From a virus, in the UHGV virus genome UHGV-0333408: DNA of 15,640 nt; one strand, 5' to 3'. The translations under genes were made by a program, and so were the position numbers. Every line of letters starts with the position of its first letter. The stretch's first letter is position 1. Below, one piece after another: positions 8,998 through 15,640 of this stretch. The notes below the pieces were generated by a model that saw nothing but the letters and a program-made list of their open reading frames with translations, did no database searches and was not told the DNA's origin.

Positions 8998-9360
8998 TTA
9001 ATGACCTGCTGCGCGGAGTTTTCCGTCAGGTTCACCGGCAAGAGTCAGTAATTGTCCCTGGTCTTCCTGCAGAATAGTCAGGCGACCACCGCGATTGACA
9101 TACATCGGCGTTTCGGTGGTGTCTTCTTCGGAAATTTTCCCGCGGTTAGTCGGGCGAACATATGAGAGTTTGTGTTTGATTTTCACACGGTTCTCATCAA
9201 ATGGTTCGATTTCCAGGTTGAGTGAGACCTTACCTTTGGTTTTCGTGTTCATCACACCGGAAGCGACTTCACTGAGAACTGCGCCGATTTTGGTTTCAAA
9301 TACGCCGCCGTCCAGCTCCCCGATAAATGCCTGCACATCAGTACTGCGTTCGCTAGCCAT
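8998..9360 (-). CDS. Hypothetical prophage protein (121 aa), possibly YfdP-like
   Basis: The start is placed at the ATG at 9360, which has AGGAG 7 nt upstream. The longer 182-aa ORF would start in a Cys/Arg-rich stretch with no RBS. Confidence 0.55.
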   Translation of the reverse strand: MASERSTDVQAFIGELDGGVFETKIGAVLSEVASGVMNTKTKGKVSLNLEIEPFDENRVKIKHKLSYVRPTNRGKISEEDTTETPMYVNRGGRLTILQEDQGQLLTLAGEPDGKLRAAGH

Positions 9361-9988
9361 TTTGCTGCTCCTCATCATATCGACCCTGCAAGGCCGGTTG
9401 GTTTCTCCACAAAACAGAGAAGAACACCTGCGGTGGCAGCCGCCCGGATGGATTGGGTTATGAGCCCGTCGTCCGGTGATGCTCTTCTCTGTTTTGTAAA
9501 AAGAGCGGTACCAGCCGGAAGCAAGTGTACAAACTGGTACCGCCAAAGCAGTGGCTGTTGTGGTGACCGGTGCTGATCTCCGGCTTGCGGTTATTTCAGA
9601 CTCTCACGGGCGTTTAATTGCCCCGCCGAACAGCTCTTTTCCGCAATAGCTGCAATGTCTTTCGCGCATCAGCCTGCGCATTCACCACAACGCTGAGAGC
9701 ACTTAGCCAGTTACGGCACCACACTTTGTCGCGGTTCCATAAATGCCCTCATCGTTGCACCCTGGTCTCTTCCCAGGCGTCAAACCGAATCGCCACGCTG
9801 GTTAGGCGTCTTATCAGCATCATCATTGACTTGCACATTCCGGCTACCTGGTTTGTTTGCCCGAGCAAGGAGTGGATTGTCCCCTTTAACGTCACCAGAC
9901 CGCTAACGACGCATGTGCCATACGCCGTGTTACAACCAAATTTTGTTAGTACCTTGTTTGTTGGTCTGGAAAGAAAGATAAAATGAAG

Positions 9989-10027
9989 TTGCGCATTATG
10001 CAAGTGTTTTTATTGCGAGATATGCAA
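9989..10027. promoter_or_regulatory. OL-like operator pair (two TTGC-N7-GCAA dyads) and probable leftward early promoter
   Basis: TTGCGCATTATGCAA (9989-10003) and TTGCGAGATATGCAA (10013-10027) share a dyad pattern with the OR site at 10796-10810. They lie just beyond the cI terminator, where lambda carries OL/pL. Confidence 0.5.
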
Positions 10028-10039
10028 TTTTGTGGGTAA

Positions 10040-10062
10040 TGAAAAGCCACCTTCGGGTGGCT
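10040..10062 (-). terminator. Rho-independent terminator downstream of the cI-like gene
   Basis: On the minus strand: GCCACC-cgaa-GGTGGC followed by TTTTCATT, about 20 nt after the cI stop. Confidence 0.7.
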
Positions 10063-10082
10063 AATTGATGAGGAGGTAAGGG

Positions 10083-10775
10083 TTAATTGTGTCGCTTAAG
10101 GGTTTGTGACTGGCTGATTAAGACCTTTCCAAAGACCATAAACCGGTGTTCATTTTCGCTGGTAATTCCCCATTCACGGTAAATCTGGTTATCAGAAATC
10201 ACCAGTAGTTTGTCAGGTATCATTTGCAGTCGTTTGACATAAATTTTATCATCAAAACCAAATACATAGATACCATCTCCATCAAACTGATTGATACTGA
10301 CATCAACGAAGATGAGATCTCCTGGCTCAATGGTTGGACACATACTGTCCCCACGAACGTTGATAACTTTGATGTGATTGGCTGGTCGTCCGCCGAACAT
10401 TGATACAGCATTATCAGTTCTGTATTCGATGGCATGAATCACATCAATGACATCACCGCCCTGGATAAGGCCATTTCCCGCACTGGCACTGACATCCAGC
10501 ATTTCAATACGGAATACATCCTTCACCTGCGCAACATCCTCACTAATACTGTTTTTACATACAGTATTACTTTTGAAGTCTGAGGTAAAGAGATCAGCAA
10601 TATCAACACCTAAGCTCCTGGCAATATTACTCAGGGCTTGTTCAGTGAATTGTTTCTGCTTACCTGTTTCCAGGCGTGAGATATTCGCCGCATCCACTCC
10701 TATTGCTTCAGCGAGATCGGCGATTTTCATGTTCTTCGCCTGGCGAAGTTGTCTGACTCGATTTCCTATGTTCAT
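10083..10775 (-). CDS. cI-like prophage repressor (HTH_XRE plus S24 LexA-type autopeptidase), 230 aa
   Basis: N-terminal HTH (KIADLAEAIGVDAANISRLETGK). C-terminal S24 peptidase with the Ser nucleophile in RGDSMCPTI and Lys in YVKRL. A candidate Ala-Gly autocleavage site lies in SASAGNG. The gene is divergent from a cro-like gene. Confidence 0.9.
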   Translation of the reverse strand: MNIGNRVRQLRQAKNMKIADLAEAIGVDAANISRLETGKQKQFTEQALSNIARSLGVDIADLFTSDFKSNTVCKNSISEDVAQVKDVFRIEMLDVSASAGNGLIQGGDVIDVIHAIEYRTDNAVSMFGGRPANHIKVINVRGDSMCPTIEPGDLIFVDVSINQFDGDGIYVFGFDDKIYVKRLQMIPDKLLVISDNQIYREWGITSENEHRFMVFGKVLISQSQTLKRHN

Positions 10776-10872
10776 GCGTTTATTACATTTCTTTATTGCG
10801 CGTTAAGCAAATCAACTTGCGCAAAATATTTGCGTGAAATAATATGCTTATCGCGCAATATGTGGAGGTTAT
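10776..10872. promoter_or_regulatory. OR-like divergent promoter and operator region between cI-like and cro-like genes
   Basis: A 97-bp intergenic region holds a TTGC-N7-GCAA dyad (TTGCGCGTTAAGCAA, 10796-10810), a second dyad TTGCGCAAAAT/ATTTGCGTGAA (10817-10838) and a third TTGCGC-containing element (about 10848-10860). Confidence 0.6.
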
Positions 10873-11133
10873 ATGCAATCACCATTACGGAATGTGCGTA
10901 AAGCGCACGGATTTACTTTGCAGCATGTTGCTGCGGGCGTTCAGGTCAATCCAGCGACGCTGAGTCGTATTGAAAGACTGGAACAAATTCCATCTATCGA
11001 CCTTGCAGAACGTCTGGCCAATTTTTTTAAGGGTGAAATCAGCGAAATGCAGATTCTTTATCCGGCACGTTTTCAATCTAGCCAAAACCAGAATGGGTTT
11101 AAACCACAGGAACAGGAGGTAAGCCGTGGGTAA
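10873..11133 (+). CDS. Cro-like HTH transcriptional regulator (86 aa)
   Basis: HTH_XRE signature (GFTLQHVAAGVQVNPATLSRIERLEQ). GGAGG lies 5 nt upstream of the ATG. Divergent from the cI-like gene across the operator region. Confidence 0.8.
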   Translation: MQSPLRNVRKAHGFTLQHVAAGVQVNPATLSRIERLEQIPSIDLAERLANFFKGEISEMQILYPARFQSSQNQNGFKPQEQEVSRG

Positions 11134-11677
11134 GCATCACTGGAAAGTGGAAAAACAACCTGACTGGTACGTGAAAGCTGTCAGAAAAACTATCGCGGCA
11201 TTGCCAGGTGGTTACGCTGAAGCTGCTGATTGGCTGGATGTAACAGAGAACGCATTATTTAATCGCCTTCGTGCCGATGGTGATCAGTTTTTTCCGTTGG
11301 GATGGGCAATGGTTTTACAGCGCGCGGCTGGCACTCACTACATTGCGGATGCTGTCGCACAGTCTGCTGGTGGGGTGTTCGTATCGCTTCCTGAAATTGA
11401 GGAAGTAGAGAACGCCGATATAAACCAGCGCCTGCTGGAAGTCATCGAACAGATCGGGAGTTACTCAAAGCAGATTCGTTCGGCAATCGAAGATGGGGTC
11501 GTGGAGCCACACGAGCAGACAGCAATTAATGATGAGTTGTATCTGTCAATTTCGAAGCTCCAGGAGCATGCAGCACTGGTCTACAAAATCTTTTGCGCTC
11601 CAGAAAAGAGTGACGCCCGCGAGTGTGCAGCTCCGGGCGTCGTGGCGTTTTGTGTCTGTGGAGAAACTAACGCATGA
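11126..11677 (+). CDS. CII-like regulator (CP76 / YdaT-like family), 183 aa
   Basis: GTG start with AGGAGG 7 nt upstream, overlapping the cro stop. Lies immediately downstream of cro, as CII and YdaT homologues do. The family call is from recalled resemblance and position, not a confirmed match. Confidence 0.55.
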   Translation: MGKHHWKVEKQPDWYVKAVRKTIAALPGGYAEAADWLDVTENALFNRLRADGDQFFPLGWAMVLQRAAGTHYIADAVAQSAGGVFVSLPEIEEVENADINQRLLEVIEQIGSYSKQIRSAIEDGVVEPHEQTAINDELYLSISKLQEHAALVYKIFCAPEKSDARECAAPGVVAFCVCGETNA

Positions 11678-12825
11678 ACAGTTTAACGGCAAATAACCGT
11701 TTGTCGCAACAACCGGTGGTCAGCGTCGCTGAACACCGGTTGTTATGGCATGAATGCAGATTACCAAATCACCTGGCTGTAAGTAACCACAGAGAACTTT
11801 ACCTGACTGTGGGGGGCGAGTTGTGCAGGAACTTAACCGCTGGTTTCGTGACGGAAGAGGACTTTATGTTCATGTTATTCGTTGGGAGCCAGAAACACAG
11901 CGCGTTATCTATCTTCGCAAAGACTACCCGCATGAGTGCTTTAGTCCTTTGTGGAAATTCAGGCGTGATTTTGTTGAGTGTGAAGGACCACCAGCACATT
12001 GATTCTGCCATTCCGGGACGTTACACTGTTCAGGCACCTTATAAAACGGGTGCCGGGCGTGGAAACCCGGAATTCACCAAAGCGCACAACCGCGCTCTTG
12101 CGGTTTTTTTGTGTCATGAGCAGCATTACGCCCAAATTATGGTGGGGCGTGCAGGGCCAACTTCGGTTGGGCCGGGTTCTTTGGTGACCGGTATTTCCAC
12201 CCCTGTACGTCTCACCACCAATAAGGTCGTGGAAAGCCTTGGTGGTGAGTTATTAAAAATCACCAAAGAGGCTGCCATCATGGCTACGATCCCAACCCTC
12301 ACTCAACCTGAAATTGCCATCGTTGATGGTCAGGCTGTTACTTCATCCTTGGCTGTTGCCAACTTCTTCTCCAAACGTCATGACGATGTACTGAAAAAGA
12401 TCCGCACGCTTGAATGCTCAGCATCATTCACTGCCCGCAATTTTTCGGTGAGTGATTACACTGATTGCACAGGTCGCAAACTTCCTTGCTACCAAATCAC
12501 ACGCGACGGTTTTGCGTTTCTTGCTATGGGTTTCACGGGTAAACGTGCTGCCCAGTTCAAGGAGGCATACATCAATGCCTTTAACCAGATGGAGAAACAG
12601 CTTTCAAAGCCCTCTGTACCGAGCGACGTTGCACATAACGCCAGCGTTCTCTGTTCCTACATTTCATCAATTCATCAGGTCTGGCTGCAGCAGCTTTATC
12701 CTATGTTGGCAAAAGCCGAATCTCCGCTGGCTGTTAGCTTGTATGACTATATTAATGATGCTTCGGCACTGGCCTGCCTCATAAATTTGTCGCTGAACCC
12801 TTCAGAGGTATGGGGGCGCAAATGA
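11674..12825 (+). CDS. Rha-domain phage regulatory protein (383 aa as read; N-terminal ~200 aa of uncertain coding status)
   Basis: The C-terminal ~180 aa (from the ATG at 12280, which has AAGAGG upstream) reads as a Rha / ORF6N-type domain (PTLTQPEIAIVDGQAVTSSLAVANFFSKRHDDVLKKIR ... ITRDGFAFLAMGFTGKRAAQFKEAYINAF). The N-terminal 200 aa has atypical composition, and an alternative-frame ORF exists at 11823-12002. Confidence 0.6.
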   Translation: MNSLTANNRLSQQPVVSVAEHRLLWHECRLPNHLAVSNHRELYLTVGGELCRNLTAGFVTEEDFMFMLFVGSQKHSALSIFAKTTRMSALVLCGNSGVILLSVKDHQHIDSAIPGRYTVQAPYKTGAGRGNPEFTKAHNRALAVFLCHEQHYAQIMVGRAGPTSVGPGSLVTGISTPVRLTTNKVVESLGGELLKITKEAAIMATIPTLTQPEIAIVDGQAVTSSLAVANFFSKRHDDVLKKIRTLECSASFTARNFSVSDYTDCTGRKLPCYQITRDGFAFLAMGFTGKRAAQFKEAYINAFNQMEKQLSKPSVPSDVAHNASVLCSYISSIHQVWLQQLYPMLAKAESPLAVSLYDYINDASALACLINLSLNPSEVWGRK

Positions 12826-13046
12826 TCCGGAATATTTTCAAACGGTTTACCAATCAGACTTTCCGTTGTCCTCGCCCCGGTCAGTGGTACACCACGCCTG
12901 CAGGGCATGTTCTACGTGTCAGCCTGGTTGACCGTGAATGTCAGAAGGTGATTTGTGAACCGCTGGGCCGTAATTATCGCGTCAGTATGCCGCTTATAGC
13001 CTTTCGCTCCGGAAAAAACATGAAGCATCTCGGAGGTGCAGCATGA
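12822..13046 (+). CDS. Small prophage protein (74 aa)
   Basis: The ATG at 12822 overlaps the upstream stop as ATGA and has GGGGG upstream. It is part of a chain of translationally coupled genes. Confidence 0.5.
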   Translation: MIRNIFKRFTNQTFRCPRPGQWYTTPAGHVLRVSLVDRECQKVICEPLGRNYRVSMPLIAFRSGKNMKHLGGAA

Positions 13047-13861
13047 GTATGGAGCTGATGGTTAAAGCGATGAAAATTCGAGTGGGAAATCCATTGCGAA
13101 AACTGGTTCTGATCAAGCTGGCTGATAATGCCAGCGATCAGGGGGAGTGCTGGCCCAGCTACCAGCATATTGCTGACCAGTGCGAGATTAGCAAACGTTC
13201 TGTGATGAATCATATTGCGGCCCTTTGTGAGTCCGGGCTGGTAAAAAAAGTCACCCGGAAAGGTGAAAAAGGTAACTCAAGTAATATCTATCTCCTTCAT
13301 CTGGATGGTGCAGGAGATTCACTAGGGGGTAGTGCAAATAATTCACTATCTGGTGCAGCAAATTCACCAGGTAGTGCAGGAGTTGCACCAGGGGGTAGTG
13401 CAGGAGATTCACCCAGAACCAGTCACTCTTTTGAACCAGTCAAAGAACCAGTCAATGAACCAATAGCTGTTGGTGCATCAGTTGATGAGTCCGTGCGAGT
13501 TCGTTCAAACCGACCGGAATACTCTCCGGAGTTTGAGCAGGCATGGCTGGCATACCCCAAACGTGCTGGTGGCAATTCAAAATCTGCAGCCTTCAAAGCC
13601 TGGAAAGCCCGTTTGAATGAGGGGGTAAAACCCGAAACCATGCTGGAAGGTGTGAAACGCTACGCGGGCTGGGTATCTGCGATGGGTAACAGCGGCACAC
13701 AATTTGTGAAACAGGCTGTCACGTTCTTTGGTCCGGATCGTCATTTCGAAGAATCCTGGGAAGTTCCTGCGGTATCTGCAGCCAGACGCGAGGACCCGTA
13801 CTTCAAAGCCAGTTACGACAACGTGGACTACAGCCAGATCCCGGCAGGATTCAGGGGGTAA
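13043..13861 (+). CDS. Replication initiator, lambda O-like (N-terminal winged-helix HTH, internal repeat linker), 272 aa
   Basis: The N-terminal RKLVLIKLADNASDQGECWPSYQHIADQCEISKRSVMNHIAALCESGLVKK resembles replication-initiator HTH domains. The middle of the gene is encoded by tandem DNA repeats (iteron-like). The start overlaps the upstream stop as ATGA. Confidence 0.6.
   Translation: MSMELMVKAMKIRVGNPLRKLVLIKLADNASDQGECWPSYQHIADQCEISKRSVMNHIAALCESGLVKKVTRKGEKGNSSNIYLLHLDGAGDSLGGSANNSLSGAANSPGSAGVAPGGSAGDSPRTSHSFEPVKEPVNEPIAVGASVDESVRVRSNRPEYSPEFEQAWLAYPKRAGGNSKSAAFKAWKARLNEGVKPETMLEGVKRYAGWVSAMGNSGTQFVKQAVTFFGPDRHFEESWEVPAVSAARREDPYFKASYDNVDYSQIPAGFRG
13305..13465. repeat. Iteron-like tandem repeats inside the O-like gene (putative prophage replication origin)
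   Basis: About five tandem copies of a ~21-bp unit (GGT(A/G)GTGCAGGAGATTCACC and variants) at 13305-13415, followed by three copies of GAACCAGTCAA at 13418-13460. Lambda also carries its ori iterons inside O. Confidence 0.55.
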
Positions 13862-13863
13862 TC

Positions 13864-14349
13864 ATGAGTCTTTTGAATGAAGTTCAGAAATTCATTGAAG
13901 CCCATCCGGGGTGTACTTCCGGAGACATTGCGGATGCTTTTGCAGGTTACTCACGGCAGCGCGTTCTGCAGTCAGCAAGCAAGTTACGTCAGAGTGGGCG
14001 TGTGGCTCACCGTTGTGAAGGAGATACACGCAGACATTTCCCACGCCTGACTGAGAGAGCGCAGGAGCCGGAACCACAACCAGTTCGTGAAACCAGACCT
14101 GTGCGCAATTTCTATGTCGGCACTAACGATCCCCGGGTGATTTTGTTGACCCGCCAGGCGGAAGAACTGGAGTCCAGGGGCTTATACCGTCGTGCTGCAA
14201 CGGTGTGGATGGCGGCATTCCGTGAAAGCCACTCCCAGCCAGAACGAAACAATTTTCTGGCGCATCGTGAGCGGTGCTTACGGAAAAGCAGCAAGCGCGC
14301 TGCATCGGGTGAAGAGTGGTATCTGTCAGGGAATTACGTGGGGGCTTAA
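13864..14349 (+). CDS. PerC-family-like transcriptional regulator (161 aa)
   Basis: The block AEELESRGLYRRAATVWMA matches the LE.RG.WRRAA.VW signature I recall for PerC/Pch proteins. An N-terminal winged-helix-like region precedes it. Confidence 0.5.
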   Translation: MSLLNEVQKFIEAHPGCTSGDIADAFAGYSRQRVLQSASKLRQSGRVAHRCEGDTRRHFPRLTERAQEPEPQPVRETRPVRNFYVGTNDPRVILLTRQAEELESRGLYRRAATVWMAAFRESHSQPERNNFLAHRERCLRKSSKRAASGEEWYLSGNYVGA

Positions 14350-15002
14350 TGAGTAATAAATATTGCCAGGCGCTGGTGGAGCTGCGGAACAAACCAGCCC
14401 ATGAACTGAAGGAAGTGGGCGATCAGTGGCGCACGCCGGACAACATTTTCTGGGGAATTAACACCCTGTTTGGCCCGTTTGTTCTGGATCTGTTTACTGA
14501 TGGTGATAACGCCAAATGTGCCGCTTATTACACTGCGGAAGACAACGCGCTGGCGCATGACTGGTCAGAACGTCTTGCGGAGCTTAAAGGTGCTGCCTTT
14601 GGTAATCCCCCGTACAGCCGCGCCAGTCAGCATGAGGGGCAATACATCACCGGCATGCGTTACATCATGAAACATGCCAGTGCTATGCGTGATAAAGGCG
14701 GGCGCTATGTTTTCCTGATCAAAGCTGCCACCAGCGAAGTGTGGTGGCCGGAAGATGCAGACCATATTGCTTTTATTCGCGGGCGTATTGGTTTTGAACT
14801 GCCTGTCTGGTTTATCCCGAAAGACGAGAAGCAGGTGCCGACAGGAGCTTTCTTCGCTGGTGCTATTGCTGTTTTTGACAAGACCTGGAAGGGACCGGCA
14901 ATCAGCTACATCGGGCGCGATGAACTTGAGGCATGTGGTGAGGCGTTTCTGGCGCAGGTTCGCCAGCAGGCGGAAAAACTGCTCAGGGAGATGGCGGCAT
15001 GA
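14349..15002 (+). CDS. Phage Dam-like N6-adenine DNA methyltransferase (217 aa)
   Basis: Catalytic NPPY motif (GAAFGNPPYSRAS). The ATG at 14349 overlaps the upstream stop (TAATG) and has GGGGG upstream. The ORF track begins earlier at 14316. Confidence 0.8.
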   Translation: MSNKYCQALVELRNKPAHELKEVGDQWRTPDNIFWGINTLFGPFVLDLFTDGDNAKCAAYYTAEDNALAHDWSERLAELKGAAFGNPPYSRASQHEGQYITGMRYIMKHASAMRDKGGRYVFLIKAATSEVWWPEDADHIAFIRGRIGFELPVWFIPKDEKQVPTGAFFAGAIAVFDKTWKGPAISYIGRDELEACGEAFLAQVRQQAEKLLREMAA

Positions 15003-15325
15003 CGACGTTAACTCAATGCCAGCAGCAGGTGCTGGATATGCTGATTTCTTATCAGAAAGAACGTGGCTTCCCGCCAACCAATCAGGAGGTGGCAACCATG
15101 CTGGGATACCGTTCAGTGAATGCAGCGGTGGAGCATCTTCGAGCACTGGAGAAAAAAGGCGTCATCACGATAAAGCGTGGCGTGGCCAGGGGTATCACTC
15201 TTCATACCGCGGTGAAGGACGACGACAGCGAGGCGGTCGGGATTATCCGCTCACTGCTTGCCGGTAAGGAAAACGCCAGGCTGCGTGCAGCCCACTGGTT
15301 ACATGAGAGGGGCCTGAAAGTATGA
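14999..15325 (+). CDS. LexA DNA-binding-domain-like small protein (108 aa), no peptidase domain
   Basis: LTQCQQQVLDMLISYQKERGFPPTNQEVATMLGYRSVNAAVEHLRALEKKGVI resembles the N-terminal winged-helix of LexA. The start overlaps the Dam stop as ATGA. Confidence 0.6.
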   Translation: MTTLTQCQQQVLDMLISYQKERGFPPTNQEVATMLGYRSVNAAVEHLRALEKKGVITIKRGVARGITLHTAVKDDDSEAVGIIRSLLAGKENARLRAAHWLHERGLKV

Positions 15326-15640
15326 AGCTGATCCTGCCTTTTCCGCCCAGCGTGAACACGTACTGGCGACACCCCAACAAAGGGGCGTTTGCTGGTAAGA
15401 GCCTGATAAGCGCGGCGGGGCGCAAATTCCAGAGCGCGGCGTGTGCAGCAATAGTTGAGCAGTTACGTCGTCTGCCGAAACCAACGTCGGCACCTGCTTC
15501 AGTGGAGATCGTGTTGTTTCCTCCGGATAACCGGATCCGCGATCTGGACAACTATAACAAGGCGCTGTTTGACGCCCTGACCCACGCGGGTGTGTGGGAA
15601 GACGACAGTCAGGTGAAAAGAATGCTGGTGGAGTGGGGAC
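15322..15640 (+). CDS. rusA: RusA-family Holliday-junction resolvase (5' part; continues beyond the window)
   Basis: LPFPPSVNTYWRH ... RDLDNYNKALFDALTHAGVWEDDSQV matches the RusA pattern (LPWPPS.N ... DLDN ... FDAL ... W.DD.QV). The start overlaps the upstream stop as ATGA. The ORF is open to the window edge. Confidence 0.75.
   Translation, partial: MKLILPFPPSVNTYWRHPNKGAFAGKSLISAAGRKFQSAACAAIVEQLRRLPKPTSAPASVEIVLFPPDNRIRDLDNYNKALFDALTHAGVWEDDSQVKRMLVEWG

Noticed and set aside
8998-9546. Longer 182-aa form of the yfdP-like ORF
   Set aside because: The N-terminal 62 codons are Cys/Arg/His-rich with no RBS. The internal ATG at 9360 has AGGAG at good spacing.
9618-10003. 122-aa (+) and 84-aa (-) ORFs in the cI to early-left gap
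   Set aside because: Arg/Ser/Thr/Cys-rich low-complexity translations with no RBS. The minus-strand ORF would start inside the operator. Treated as non-coding (see the leader finding).
14565-15267. 193-aa (-) and 170-aa (+) ORFs overlapping the Dam-like and LexA-like genes
   Set aside because: Arg/Ser-rich out-of-frame shadows of well-supported, translationally coupled genes.
11989-15631. Chi-like octamers (GCTGGTGG at 14372-14379 and 15624-15631; complement at 11989-11996 and 14728-14735)
   Set aside because: Four occurrences in 15.6 kb with mixed orientation is not clearly above expectation for E. coli-like DNA, so it is not reported as a feature.

Overview
The window spans a junction between two horizontally acquired regions. 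Left part (1-4450): a decayed Pin/Hin-family DNA invertase gene, an orphan GIY-YIG-type nuclease gene bracketed by imperfect direct repeats, and a complete convergent EcoRII-like restriction-modification pair (Dcm-family C5-cytosine methyltransferase plus a 404-aa endonuclease). At 4571-4607 lies a 37-bp copy (one mismatch) of the 3' end of tmRNA (ssrA) in reverse orientation, which I read as the att core of a lambdoid prophage filling the right part (4608-15640). The prophage carries an AT-rich membrane-protein gene between att and int, then integrase and excisionase, a yfdP/Q/R/S-like early-left module, a ~620-bp structured non-coding leader, cI-like repressor and Cro-like genes around TTGC-N7-GCAA operators, a CII-like regulator, a Rha-domain protein, an O-like replication initiator with in-gene iterons, a PerC-like regulator, a phage Dam-like N6-adenine methyltransferase, a LexA-DBD-like protein and the start of a RusA-like resolvase. 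No CRISPR array, rRNA or intact tRNA gene was seen. Best candidates for something undescribed: the membrane protein at 4615-5439, the repeat-flanked GIY-YIG gene, and the structured leader downstream of the putative pL. All family names and protein identities are from recall and by-eye motif reading, not database searches.
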